Shown: positions 14,989 to 24,793 of the stretch, piece after piece | Layout of the letters: every line of letters starts with the position of its first letter | Numbering within the stretch: the stretch's first letter is position 1 | Virus record (IMG/VR): IMGVR_UViG_3300049004_000019 | Coordinates: 1-35,427 of that record | Source: a virus | Taxonomy: Duplodnaviria > Caudoviricetes | DNA length: 35,427 nt | Strand: one strand, 5' to 3' | The notes under the pieces: generated by a model | What the model was told of the DNA's origin: nothing | The model's input: only the letters and a program-made list of their open reading frames with translations | Databases searched by the model: none | Made by a program: the position numbers and the translations under genes

Positions 14989-16145
14989 GTCAACGGCTGC
15001 ACAATCCGCCGGGCGCGCGTCTGCAGAGTCTGTTGGCCACCGGCCCGTAGTGGCACGGCAAACGCGTCGACGATGCAGAACTGCTCGGCTATCACGGGGT
15101 CGTCGGTCAGGTCCGGGCGAGCGTAGGACACCCGTACGACGTCACCCACCTCGTAGGCGGGGTTCGGCAGGGTGGGCACCTCGATCGACTGCATGAAACC
15201 GAGCTGGCCCTGTAGCTCCATCTGGGCCCTCAGCGTGGCCTGGGCCTGACTGGCGATCGTCTCGTCCCGGATGAACGGGGCGTAGCGCTTGCCGTAGGAG
15301 CTGCCCCACTGAGTGGGCGAGTTGGGATCGTTATCCGTGGCAATCGCCATGATGGGCGCCGGTAGGTCGGAGTTTTCCGCCACGACGATGACACCGTTGT
15401 AGCCCTCCCCCGTCCAGGTCCGCTTGACGCCGGGCAACCCGATGTTGGCCGGGTCCAGGTCGTCGTACGACCAGACCGGCGGGTCGGACTCGTTGGGCTC
15501 CGGGCGCATGGTGGCCACGCCCATCGGGTCGAAGTAGAGCCGGTAGCCCAGGTTGGCCGCGAGCTTCTGGCAGATCTCCCACGGGTCGGCCTCAGCGTCG
15601 AAGGTCATCCCGTTGGTCAGCTCGCTGGTGAGCGGGAAGTTCATCGGCACGCCCGGGTAGGCGGTCTGCAGCAACTGCGTGATCGTGTCGATGACGTTCG
15701 TGTTGGGCGTGATGGCCAGCACGAACGGTGTCTTCTCGCCCGAGATGATCCAGCTACGGTCGTAGGCCGTTGACAGGTTGATCACGGGAAAATCAACCTC
15801 GGCCACCGTAAAACGGAAGGTCCCGATGGGCACGTACTCGGTGTCAGCCTCGCCGGACACGAGTCGGTCGTTGAACATGATCCCGCGGTACAACCGGATC
15901 TGCCGGCCACTCGGCACGAGCAGGTCGTTGACGTCGCGCGGCGAGAGACTGCCGTCCCGGTCGATGATGCTGACGGTGGCCGTCCGTTGCACAGCCGAGC
16001 GCGAGCATGTCACGGTCCCGTCGACGAGCACGCCCTCGCCAGCGAACTCGGCGAGCACCTGCTCGCCCTCAAGGATCTCGGCCTTGGCGACGACGAAGTG
16101 GTCTCGCGTCAGCGCGTCCCGGAAGGTGTCAGAGATGGGCCACAT
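14985..16145 (-). CDS. Minor tail / baseplate hub protein (DUF5047-like, 386 aa)
   Basis: TAATG overlap at 16145; MWPISDTF..AL, VPIGTF, LYFDPMG, YNGVIV, PNPAYEVGDVV motifs. Confidence 0.8.
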   Translation of the reverse strand: MWPISDTFRDALTRDHFVVAKAEILEGEQVLAEFAGEGVLVDGTVTCSRSAVQRTATVSIIDRDGSLSPRDVNDLLVPSGRQIRLYRGIMFNDRLVSGEADTEYVPIGTFRFTVAEVDFPVINLSTAYDRSWIISGEKTPFVLAITPNTNVIDTITQLLQTAYPGVPMNFPLTSELTNGMTFDAEADPWEICQKLAANLGYRLYFDPMGVATMRPEPNESDPPVWSYDDLDPANIGLPGVKRTWTGEGYNGVIVVAENSDLPAPIMAIATDNDPNSPTQWGSSYGKRYAPFIRDETIASQAQATLRAQMELQGQLGFMQSIEVPTLPNPAYEVGDVVRVSYARPDLTDDPVIAEQFCIVDAFAVPLRAGGQQTLQTRARRIVQPLT

Positions 16146-19100
16146 TACGGCGCCTCGCTCTCCAGGAAGTTGACCGAGATTTCGCGGCGCCAGACCGAGT
16201 CGGGGAGCTGCTGGTTCGACCGCGGCGTCTGACGAGCCCACGAGCGGTCAGTGATCCGGATGTAGCGGGCGCCGAAGTCCGGGAAGATGAGCCACAGAGG
16301 CCGTGGCCGGCTGAGTAGCTGGCGGAGCATGAACCACTCCGACTCGGTGTCCACCAGGATCTTCAGCGACCCGTCATAGCCGCCAATGAAATCGGTGGTG
16401 GTCACAGCACGCTGACTGAGCTGGTCCCACGTCGTCGGCCGGAGCGGGTAGACCGTCGAGGACTCCTCGTGCTGGGACTCGCTCATCTCGACGACGTGCA
16501 CGCGCATGGCCAGGGTCGCGTCCTGCGGGTCACGCAGGACCCAGATCCCACGACCCGGCGGGGCGAGTTGGGCTGTGGAGTAGAACGTCACCGGGGAAGA
16601 GAGGGCAGGAACGGTGTTGGTCGCCGGCAGGTAGTTGTACGCCCGGTAGACCACGCCCACGCCCGGCGGCGCCTCGTTGTCGAAGATGCTGCCGATCAGG
16701 CCGGCTTCGTAGTCAGTGATGAGCCATTCACCCAGGTCGGCGCCACGGATCGCCTCCCACTGCACGGCCTGCCCGGAGCCGAACTGCGGAATGGTGTCGG
16801 TGCTCGTGCCCGCACAGAACTGGATCCCGTCCACCCAGACCTTGACCTCGGTCGCGGACGCGCCGTTGTTCAGGGTGGCCCGGACCCACAGGCAGTTGGT
16901 CGGCATGGTGAACGTGCAGGAGAACTGCGTCCAGCCGCTGGAGAGGATGTTGAACGCGCCGCTGTTCGCCGAGCTGCCGACCGGCGCGCCGAACTGGTCC
17001 AGCCCTTCCAGCGTGATCGAGCTGGCGAACGTGGCCGAGGATCGGGCGTAGAGCGAGAAAGTGTACGTCGTGTTCTCGATGCCGAGCATCGGCCACTGCG
17101 GGGCGCCAATGAGCGCCGGCTGGCCGGGCCAGCCCATGAAGAGCTTGTTGCCGGAGTTGTTGACGCTCCAGCGGATCGAGCCCTCGCCGTCGAAACGCTG
17201 CGTGTTGTCGTAGGTCAGATAGCTCTCGGTCTGCCCGTCGGGCAGGTAGAACCCGTCGGTCGTCTTGAGCCAGTCGCCACCGGACCAGAGCTGAGCGGGC
17301 GCGTTGTTGCGCTGGCCGGTGGAGACCAGGGCCCGTTCGACCACCGTCGAACCAGTGCCGATCCAGCCGCCGTTGGACCAGCCCGTGTATGTCGTCTGAA
17401 TGTTGTTGACGGTGGCGCCACGGATCTCGATCGCCGCGATGCCGTAGGCCATGCCGGTCGGCGCGGTCAAACCCTCGGTTCCCGCGCCGACGGTGGGGCG
17501 GATCGAGTGGCCGAAGTACTCCGAGCCGCCACCGAACCGCCCGTAGAAGTCCTCGGTGAAGACCAGGCCGGGGTTCCGCCAGGTGCGCGCGTTGCCGTCG
17601 ACGGCGTTGAAGTCGCCGATGCCGACGATCACCAGCGAGTTCTCACGCGTCGTGGTGAGCGAGACATTGGCCGTGCCGGTCGTGGCCGACGCCTTGGCGC
17701 TCGCGCCCCCGAAACTGGTCTCGTCGTGACCGGTGACCGCGTAGACGATCGTCCGGGCCTGGGACTGACTGGCGGTCACCGTGACATCGACACTGCCGCC
17801 GGCCGCGAAGTACGCGGTGGAGATGGAGACATCGCCCGTGCTCGCGGTGGTGTTCTCCTGCCGGCTCGTCCACGTCAGGCCGCCGGTCGAGGTGACCACG
17901 TTGGTCGGGGTGGACGCCGTGACGCCCGACGCCGTGACCGCCACCAGCAGAGCAGCCGGCGGGATGTTGGCGCACGTGAACGTGACCGCCGAGCCGGTCC
18001 AATAGCCGCTGTCGTACTTCGCCGCGACCACGGGCTGCTGGGTGCCGGCCGCACCGACCGAGGTGCCCGACCCGATCAGGACGTTGGTCCCGACCAACAC
18101 CTTGTCCACGTAGTGGATCTCGCTCGCGGCGGCCGACTGCACCTTGACCCAGGCAGCGCCGAAGACCGCGCCGACCGGAGCGGTGGTGGTGTAGTTCGCC
18201 TGGATCCACGCCGAGGTCGAATCGGTGACCGCCGTGCCGTAGTTGTTGGACAGGGGCGCGCCGGTCCGGTCGTACCAGCCAATGCCGACGTTGCACGAGC
18301 GCGCGGTAGCGGCCGTGCGGAAGGACGCCAGCGCGGTGTAGGACTGGCCGGTCTTCACCCGGAAGCCGGTCAGGCCGCCTGCGGTCAGGAATTCCATGTC
18401 CCCGGTGCCGCTCTTGGTGATCGACATGGCCCCGGTGCCCTGCAGCACGGGCGTAGTCACCCGGGCCAGCGTGCCGCCACCGAAGAGGGCGGCCCACGTA
18501 CCGGTGCCGAAGAACGCCGAGTCGAAGTTGCTGTCTTGCACCTGGAGCAGGTTCCAGTTGGCCTGGACGTCGATGCGGGTCCTGATGAACGGCGGCGTGT
18601 TGTCGCTGACCTTGCCGATCATCGTGGGCGTCGGGAGCGGCGTGAGCAGCATCGTGGTCGGCGACGAGTTCGACCAGGTTGACCACCACTTCTGGCCCCG
18701 GAAGTCCGCGGCGACACGGACCCACGCGGCGTAGGTCTGGCCGTTGAGCAGGCTCGTCCCGACCGTGAGCTTGGTGGCGTTGCCGACTACGACGCCGGAA
18801 TCCCAGACGCTCTGCGCGGTGTCGGGGTTGAAGCCGAACGCCGAATACTGGTCGGCCCGGAAGATCTTGACCTGATAGGCCGTCTCCGGATCCCCGTCGA
18901 AGTTGGGGTTGAACTGCCAGGTGACGTCGGGGCTCGTGCTCTGCGTCGGATTGGTGATCGAGATGGCTGTGACCGTGGCCCGGTCGCGGTACTCGACGTC
19001 GAAGTACAGCTCGGCCAACCGGAGGTTGATCCCGCTGAAGGCCGACTGGTACCACTTCACCTCGGCCGAGCAGTGCTCGATCGCGTAGACGGTCCACTCA

Positions 19101-19513
19101 CTGCCGAAGTCCCGGGGCGGCGTCGTGCGCCAGACCCCGGTGCGCGTGGTGTAGGTCGTCGCGTCGGAGTACTGCATCGACTCCCAGAAGTCGTACTGCG
19201 CGCCGGCTCGGCCCGACCCCGGCGAGCGCATCGCCAGCTGGATCGAGCCGGCCTGCCCGCCGCTGGAAGCGTTCATCCGGATGCGGGCGTTCAGCCGTAC
19301 CCGCAGGATCCGTTGGCTCGCGCCGACTGCCGTGAGCCCGCCGGAGACCGGGGCGACCCGCAGGAGCGCTTTCGGCCAGGAGGTGAAGTTGCTGGCCGAG
19401 ACGTAGGACGTGTCGCTGTTGTCGCTCGTGGCCTGCCAGCCGGTGGCCGCACCGTTGATCACGACCGAGCCGACCGTGACGTCCGAGCCCGGCCGGATCG
19501 TGGTGATGGTCAT
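16145..19513 (-). CDS. Large minor tail protein: FN3-like and carbohydrate-binding-like modules with a C-terminal distal-tail-like domain (1122 aa)
   Basis: Follows the tape measure gene; two CBM4/9-like jelly-roll segments (YT...S..W.Q...T.T.P...YVD/WVD) and C-terminal DNEAP.G..V.Y... Confidence 0.7.
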   Translation of the reverse strand: MTITTIRPGSDVTVGSVVINGAATGWQATSDNSDTSYVSASNFTSWPKALLRVAPVSGGLTAVGASQRILRVRLNARIRMNASSGGQAGSIQLAMRSPGSGRAGAQYDFWESMQYSDATTYTTRTGVWRTTPPRDFGSEWTVYAIEHCSAEVKWYQSAFSGINLRLAELYFDVEYRDRATVTAISITNPTQSTSPDVTWQFNPNFDGDPETAYQVKIFRADQYSAFGFNPDTAQSVWDSGVVVGNATKLTVGTSLLNGQTYAAWVRVAADFRGQKWWSTWSNSSPTTMLLTPLPTPTMIGKVSDNTPPFIRTRIDVQANWNLLQVQDSNFDSAFFGTGTWAALFGGGTLARVTTPVLQGTGAMSITKSGTGDMEFLTAGGLTGFRVKTGQSYTALASFRTAATARSCNVGIGWYDRTGAPLSNNYGTAVTDSTSAWIQANYTTTAPVGAVFGAAWVKVQSAAASEIHYVDKVLVGTNVLIGSGTSVGAAGTQQPVVAAKYDSGYWTGSAVTFTCANIPPAALLVAVTASGVTASTPTNVVTSTGGLTWTSRQENTTASTGDVSISTAYFAAGGSVDVTVTASQSQARTIVYAVTGHDETSFGGASAKASATTGTANVSLTTTRENSLVIVGIGDFNAVDGNARTWRNPGLVFTEDFYGRFGGGSEYFGHSIRPTVGAGTEGLTAPTGMAYGIAAIEIRGATVNNIQTTYTGWSNGGWIGTGSTVVERALVSTGQRNNAPAQLWSGGDWLKTTDGFYLPDGQTESYLTYDNTQRFDGEGSIRWSVNNSGNKLFMGWPGQPALIGAPQWPMLGIENTTYTFSLYARSSATFASSITLEGLDQFGAPVGSSANSGAFNILSSGWTQFSCTFTMPTNCLWVRATLNNGASATEVKVWVDGIQFCAGTSTDTIPQFGSGQAVQWEAIRGADLGEWLITDYEAGLIGSIFDNEAPPGVGVVYRAYNYLPATNTVPALSSPVTFYSTAQLAPPGRGIWVLRDPQDATLAMRVHVVEMSESQHEESSTVYPLRPTTWDQLSQRAVTTTDFIGGYDGSLKILVDTESEWFMLRQLLSRPRPLWLIFPDFGARYIRITDRSWARQTPRSNQQLPDSVWRREISVNFLESEAP

Positions 19514-22500
19514 CGACGCCTACCCGTCTTCATCTGCATGAGCAACTTGCCAAAGGCGTCATCGACGTGAGCACGGATGGCGGCCACCTGCTTGTCTCCC
19601 ACGTCGCCGGACACGTTGATCGTGAGGTTCAGACCACCACCCAGACCGCCGACGCCGGGCGTCACGGTCTCCGGGCCGTTCTCGCCGAAGGTGTAGCGGC
19701 GACCGGACTTGCCGACGCCCCAGATTGGCTCCCCGATCACGCCGCCGTTGGCATAGCCCTTGGGCGGCAGGGAGGGATTGGCCTGCTGGACGTTGAAGAT
19801 CGACCCGTACCGGCTGAGGATGTAGTTGATGCCCGCCACGATGTTGGCGATCGGGTTCGTGATGACGTCCGGCAGACGCGGGTCGCGGTACGCCTCGAAC
19901 GTCGAGGGGATCGTCTGCATCAGGCCCTGCGAGGGGTGGCCGGCCGCCGCGTTGGAGTCGGTCAGGTTGATCGCGTTGGGGTTGCCGCCGGACTCACGGC
20001 CGATCAGGACCGTGAGCGGCCCGAACCAGGACGCCGGTACGCCGGTAATCTGCATGGCCGCCGTGATCCAGCCGGCGAGGTTGCCGCTCACGCCGGAGAT
20101 ATCGATAGCGCTGGTGAGCTTGTCCTTGAGCCAGGCGCCCGCCCAATCAATGAGCTTGCGCGGGATGCCGCCGAGCATCTGGGCGAAGCCTGTCCCGCCC
20201 ATCTGACTGATCAGTGCGCCGACGTCGCCGGCCTTGTCGAGCAGCCATTTGATCGGGTTGGTCAGCGCGCCGAGCATGTCGCTGATTCCGCTGGTGATGC
20301 CGCCGATCAGGCCGCCGGTCGCGAAGCCTGGCGTGTTGATCGCCCGAAGCAAGTCGTAGTGCCGGGCGGTTTGCGCGGCGTTGACGACGAACTCGCCGTC
20401 GGAGACCCGCGCCGTGGGAACGCCACCTGCCGAGAGGCCAAGGATCGAGTCCGAGGTTCCGGTGCCCGGACCGCGGATCAGGCCGCCGCCGGCCAGTCCG
20501 GGAATGGTGGCGAGCTTCGATCCACCGAAGGTGCCCACCAAGTCGTTGATCGGGTTGATGATGCCCCGGTTGATGAACCCGATCACGAAGTTGATCGGCG
20601 CCTTCACCTTGTCCTGCAGGCCGTTCCAGAAGTTCGAGATCGCTGCCACACCGTTGCGGAAGGCGTCCGGCAAGGTCTTGGTGACCCAATCGGACATCGT
20701 TTGCCAGAAGCCGCGAATCTTGTTCCAGATCGTCTCGGCCACACCGGCAATGGCGTTCCAGACCGTCTGGTAGAGCGAGTGAAAGGCGTTGTTCGCGCTG
20801 GTCAAGGGACCGCTCAGGAAGCTGACGATGGCGTTCCAGATATTCCTGATCCCGTTCCAAGTGGACGTCGCCACCGAAACGATGGCATTCCATACGCTCG
20901 TCCACAAAGCGTGCATGGCGTTGTTCGCGGCCGAAAGCGGACCACCGAGGAAATTCACGGCAGCCTGCCACAAAGCTTGCACACCGGCCCACCACTGCTT
21001 GGCTACCGCAGTGATCCCATTCCAGATGGTTGACCACAAAGCTTGGAAGGCGTGTAGCGCAAGGGTGAAATCCTGCTGAATCACCTTAATCGCCAGAAGA
21101 ACGATGTCGTACCAGATCGTGTACCAAGCCTTGACAATGAACGCGAGCGCGTTGAAAACGGGCTCGAAGATCGTGTGCCACAGCCAGAGGAAGGGGGCGG
21201 CCAACACCTGGACGGCGGCGCCGATCGCCGAGAAGACCACCTGCAGCCCGGCGTACCAGGCATGGGCGGTCCCGATGATCCCGTTGAAGACCGCAACGAT
21301 CCCGTTCCAGAGCGACTGGAAGAAGTTGCCGACCGCGCTGACCGCGTTCGAGACATTGGTGAACGCGGACTGCAGGCCGGCGTACCACTGCTGGGCTCCG
21401 GCCACGATGTTGTTGAAGATCGTGACCAGGCCCTGCCACCACGGCTCGAACACGCTGTGCCAGAGGAAGAGGACGACGCCCTTCACAGCGTCGAACGCGG
21501 TGGTCACGACATTGCGGAAGGTCTCGCTGTGCTGCCAGGCCAGAACGAGCCCGGCCACCAGTGCGGCGATGGCGATGACGACGATGCCGATCGGGTTGGC
21601 GTCCATCGCCACGTCGAGCAGAGCCCACGCATCGGCGAAGGAGCGGACGCCGGCCGCGAGCTGGACGAACGAGATGACCGCGCTCGCGATGGCCCAAGCC
21701 CGCATCGCGAGCGTTACGCCCTCGATGATCAGTTTCAGCGTGCCGAGCGTGGCAACGAACGCGATGATCGCGTCCTTGTTGTTGACCAGCACGGTCACGA
21801 TGCCGCGAATGTCGTCGACCACCCGGCGGGCGGCTACGCCGATCTCCTCCATCTGGCCGACGAACCCGTGGCTGATGACCTGGCCATCCTTGAACGCCTG
21901 GAAGAACGCCCAGACCCCACGGCCGGCGACGTTGAGCCGGCTAGGGAACTCGCTCAGCTCGTTCTTGCCCTGAAGGCCGGAGATGAACTCCTTGATCCCG
22001 GGCACGACTCTCTCGGTGACGATGTGCACGAGGCTGGTGAACGCCGGCAGCAGCGCGGCGCCGATCGTCGACTTCAGGTCGTCGAACTGAGCCTTGAGGA
22101 TTCGCTGCTGATTGGCCAGCCCGCCGGAGGTCCGGGTGAAGTCGCCCTGTGCGGTCTTGGTCTGGTCAAGAACCAGGGCGTATGTGGCCTGGGCCTTCTG
22201 TGCCGGAGTGAGCGCGGTCTTGATGTTGTCGATCAGGCCGAGCTTCATGGCCTCGGTCTGCAGGGTCGCGGCGTTGATGTTGACGCCGTACTGACGCAGC
22301 GGCTCAGTCTCGCCCACCAGGCCGGAGCGGAGCGCCTCCAAGGCGTCCTCCGGCGAGGTGTTGTTGAAGGACGCGAGGTCGCCGGCCAGCTTGACCATGT
22401 TCGTGGACATCTTCGCGGCCTCTGGGCCGGGCAGCTTCAGCGCCACGAAGAGGTTGCCGAGCGTTCCTACGGCATCGAGGTACGAGGCCTTGGACAGGCC

Positions 22501-22824
22501 CATGCTCGTTGCCGACTGCTTGCCGAAGTCGAGCACCGACTGAGTGCTCTTGCCGAACACGACCGCGACCTTGTTCTGTGCCTCAGACACATTCGAGGCG
22601 GCCTCGATCGTCGATTTGAAGAAGCCCGCGATCTGACCGGTAGCCAGCCCCGCGGCGGCGACCCCTGCGGACTTGAGCAGGGAGGAGAACGAGATGCCGA
22701 ACGCCTTGCCGGCCTCCTCGCCCGCCTTCTTGCCCATCGCCGATGCGGGCTTGGCGATGCCGTCCGCATCCAGCCCGCTGGTATCGGGCCGGATGCGGAC
22801 GTACGCGTCAGCGAGCGAGACCAT
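19510..22824 (-). CDS. Tape measure protein with C-terminal lytic transglycosylase (SLT) domain (1104 aa)
   Basis: AYVRIRPD N-terminus, GETEPLRQYG core, periodic W/F repeats, RESGGNPNAIN..DSNA..G.PSQGLMQ. Confidence 0.95.
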   Translation of the reverse strand: MVSLADAYVRIRPDTSGLDADGIAKPASAMGKKAGEEAGKAFGISFSSLLKSAGVAAAGLATGQIAGFFKSTIEAASNVSEAQNKVAVVFGKSTQSVLDFGKQSATSMGLSKASYLDAVGTLGNLFVALKLPGPEAAKMSTNMVKLAGDLASFNNTSPEDALEALRSGLVGETEPLRQYGVNINAATLQTEAMKLGLIDNIKTALTPAQKAQATYALVLDQTKTAQGDFTRTSGGLANQQRILKAQFDDLKSTIGAALLPAFTSLVHIVTERVVPGIKEFISGLQGKNELSEFPSRLNVAGRGVWAFFQAFKDGQVISHGFVGQMEEIGVAARRVVDDIRGIVTVLVNNKDAIIAFVATLGTLKLIIEGVTLAMRAWAIASAVISFVQLAAGVRSFADAWALLDVAMDANPIGIVVIAIAALVAGLVLAWQHSETFRNVVTTAFDAVKGVVLFLWHSVFEPWWQGLVTIFNNIVAGAQQWYAGLQSAFTNVSNAVSAVGNFFQSLWNGIVAVFNGIIGTAHAWYAGLQVVFSAIGAAVQVLAAPFLWLWHTIFEPVFNALAFIVKAWYTIWYDIVLLAIKVIQQDFTLALHAFQALWSTIWNGITAVAKQWWAGVQALWQAAVNFLGGPLSAANNAMHALWTSVWNAIVSVATSTWNGIRNIWNAIVSFLSGPLTSANNAFHSLYQTVWNAIAGVAETIWNKIRGFWQTMSDWVTKTLPDAFRNGVAAISNFWNGLQDKVKAPINFVIGFINRGIINPINDLVGTFGGSKLATIPGLAGGGLIRGPGTGTSDSILGLSAGGVPTARVSDGEFVVNAAQTARHYDLLRAINTPGFATGGLIGGITSGISDMLGALTNPIKWLLDKAGDVGALISQMGGTGFAQMLGGIPRKLIDWAGAWLKDKLTSAIDISGVSGNLAGWITAAMQITGVPASWFGPLTVLIGRESGGNPNAINLTDSNAAAGHPSQGLMQTIPSTFEAYRDPRLPDVITNPIANIVAGINYILSRYGSIFNVQQANPSLPPKGYANGGVIGEPIWGVGKSGRRYTFGENGPETVTPGVGGLGGGLNLTINVSGDVGDKQVAAIRAHVDDAFGKLLMQMKTGRRR

Positions 22825-22826
22825 GC

Positions 22827-23270
22827 CTACCTCTTCCTGCCGAGGCCCAGGGCCAGGCGTCGCTCGTCTTCAGGGGTCAGGTCATCGGGTGAATCCACGT
22901 CGGCATAGAGGAACGCGGTGAACTGCTCCATCGCGGCGTCGACGTCGGGGAGCAGGTCGGTGTCCCACTCCTCGGCGCGGGCCATCCGGGCGGAGATCAC
23001 CCGGCGTTCGACCAAGGTGCGCTCCACCAACTCGTCGGTCCAGATGGCCTCGGCCGCGTCGCAGACCTCGGCCAGCGTCAGCCGGCTGCTCGCTGCTTCG
23101 CCGCCTCCGCCACCACCAGCGCCAGCTCCGGCCGGCCAGCCATCGCCTCGATCTGCCGCCGGTCCGCCGCGGCCAACGGTGAGACCACGGTGTCCGGCAA
23201 GGAGGAGACGTCCGGAGAGGTAACCACGGTGCGAGGCTGCCCATCCGAGGAGTCGGAGGGCAGCGCCGTA
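22827..23270 (-). CDS. Tail assembly chaperone, -1 frameshift extension (gpGT-like; fused product ~249 aa)
   Basis: The -1 frame is open from the CGCCCTAC site (23275-23268) to 22827 and reads PYGAALRLLGWAA...LTLAEVCDAAEAIW. Confidence 0.7.
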   Translation of the reverse strand, partial: YGAALRLLGWAASHRGYLSGRLLLAGHRGLTVGRGGPAADRGDGWPAGAGAGGGGGGEAASSRLTLAEVCDAAEAIWTDELVERTLVERRVISARMARAEEWDTDLLPDVDAAMEQFTAFLYADVDSPDDLTPEDERRLALGLGRKR

Positions 23271-23575
23271 GGGCGCTGCGCCGCGTTCTCCACGATGGCC
23301 TTCATGACGGTCATGAGGTCGCGGGAGTCCTGGCCGTTGTCCAAGGCGCCCTGCCAGAACGCCTCGAAGTCCGCCGGGTCGATGACCAACCGCATCTGCC
23401 GCTTGAGGAAGCCCATCGCCTCCGGACTGTCCTCGTCGATGCTCGCGGCCTGCTCCGCGAAGTCCATGAGCACGATGTCCGTGAGTTGCGGGTGGACGTG
23501 GACCTCCGTACCGAACCAGCCGAAGGAGTCGCTGACCTTTTCCTTGACCCTGCCCAGGTCGCCAAGATTCGCCAT
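23078..23575 (-). CDS. Tail assembly chaperone (gpG-like, 165 aa)
   Basis: TGATG overlap with the major tail stop; between major tail and tape measure; RPT..PSDSSDG motif. Confidence 0.8.
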   Translation of the reverse strand: MANLGDLGRVKEKVSDSFGWFGTEVHVHPQLTDIVLMDFAEQAASIDEDSPEAMGFLKRQMRLVIDPADFEAFWQGALDNGQDSRDLMTVMKAIVENAAQRPTALPSDSSDGQPRTVVTSPDVSSLPDTVVSPLAAADRRQIEAMAGRPELALVVAEAAKQRAAG

Positions 23576-24156
23576 CAGATGCGCGCCTGACCGGAGACCC
23601 ACATGATCCAGGGATAGGTGGGCGAGACCGGGATCTCGAAGTTGAATTCCGCCGGGATGAGCGCGACGTTGGGCGCCTTGGCGAACTTCGACTTGATCGA
23701 GCCGGAGGAGATCGTCTGGAACATGACCATGCGCATGGTCCCGTCCAGCGACTCCCACCCGATCATGGCCCGGACCTCGGCGCCCGGGACCGGCGGCGTG
23801 AGGCTGGTCAGCTGCGTGGTGGTCGTGCCGGAGACGACCGTGTACGCGCCGCCGTTGAGGGCGTACTTGTAGTTGGTCAGCGCGAAGTTCTGCATCGCGA
23901 ACGCGATCGAGCCGGACCGGTCGGTGGTGAAGTACTTGATCGGGTCGAAGAACTCGGCCGCCTTGACCGGCTCCACCTTGATCTCGTAGTTGAACTCCGA
24001 GCCGTCGTCGGTGGCTCCGAGGCTCAGCCACGCGACCGGCCAGGAGTCGGTGAACTTCGAGCCGGTCACCGTGTTGGACGGAAGCGTGCTGGAGAGCGGA
24101 GCCCAGAACAGGTAGCCGGCGTCATTGAGCAATGACGGCGCAAGGGTAGCGGGCAT
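23575..24156 (-). CDS. Major tail protein (193 aa)
   Basis: AG.LFWAP....P, W..LGATDDG.EF.Y motifs; AAGGAG RBS; position. Confidence 0.85.
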   Translation of the reverse strand: MPATLAPSLLNDAGYLFWAPLSSTLPSNTVTGSKFTDSWPVAWLSLGATDDGSEFNYEIKVEPVKAAEFFDPIKYFTTDRSGSIAFAMQNFALTNYKYALNGGAYTVVSGTTTTQLTSLTPPVPGAEVRAMIGWESLDGTMRMVMFQTISSGSIKSKFAKAPNVALIPAEFNFEIPVSPTYPWIMWVSGQARI

Positions 24157-24157
24157 G

Positions 24158-24496
24158 TCAGGACTCCTTGGTGTTCTGCTTCGCCGCGGCCTTGGCCGGA
24201 GCGTCCTGCGTCACCTTGATCGCGACACCGGGCTCGGTGCGCGAGAGGACCTCGTTATTGGGGATCGGGCACTCCGGCTGACCCGGCAACTGCGGAGGGC
24301 AGTAGTGCCGGGCGTTGACGACCGAAAGGTCCTTGGGGTCGACGTTGCTGGCCGGAATGGGGTGGCCGACGTCGTAGGCGAGAGCACCACCACCGGCGAT
24401 GAAAACCTGCTCGCCGGCGACGTAGGTGCCGTACTCGGCGATCTGCTCGGCACGGCGAGCTTCCATCGCGGCGAACGGGTCAACGGGCGTAGTCAT
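24158..24496 (-). CDS. Hypothetical protein (112 aa, MTTPVDPF...)
   Basis: GGAGG RBS; directly upstream of the major tail gene. Confidence 0.7.
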   Translation of the reverse strand: MTTPVDPFAAMEARRAEQIAEYGTYVAGEQVFIAGGGALAYDVGHPIPASNVDPKDLSVVNARHYCPPQLPGQPECPIPNNEVLSRTEPGVAIKVTQDAPAKAAAKQNTKES

Positions 24497-24497
24497 G

Positions 24498-24580
24498 AAA
24501 AAAGACCTCCAAGGCAATGCGCGACGGGACTTCCGGGAACTGCGTCTTGCGGGTCACGCGTCGCTTGCCTTGCAGGTCTT
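24498..24580 (-). promoter_or_regulatory. Long hairpin with U-tract that pairs the RBS of 24158..24496 (terminator or attenuator candidate)
   Basis: AAGACCTGCAAGGCAAGCGACG ... CGTCGC(GCA)TTGCCTTGGAGGTCTT-TTTT-CATG on the minus strand. Confidence 0.6.
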
Positions 24581-24793
24581 GCCTGCCGACATCGTACGAC
24601 CGTGATGCGTGTGGGGATAGTGGGACCCGCACCAGGAGCATTTGCGCCCGTCGTGCAGACCGATCCAGTGACGGACCACGCGGGAGCGCCGGTAGATCTG
24701 GAACCAGACGGCGTACCGCCAGTCCGGCGGATCGTGTTCATCGCCGCTCCATGGGCAGGGGATTCCTAGCGCCGTCGTCCTGCTCTCGTTCAT
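24554..24793 (-). CDS. Small hypothetical protein (79 aa)
   Basis: ATGA overlap with the upstream stop; CSWC motif. Confidence 0.5.
   Translation of the reverse strand: MNESRTTALGIPCPWSGDEHDPPDWRYAVWFQIYRRSRVVRHWIGLHDGRKCSWCGSHYPHTHHGRTMSAGKTCKASDA

Noticed and set aside
16469-18682. Long plus-strand ORFs opposite structural genes (also 19567..21033, 21175..22908, 27767..29542, 31276..32547)
   Set aside because: Antisense shadows expected in high-GC3 genes; no RBS or motifs, and the opposite strand encodes recognisable proteins
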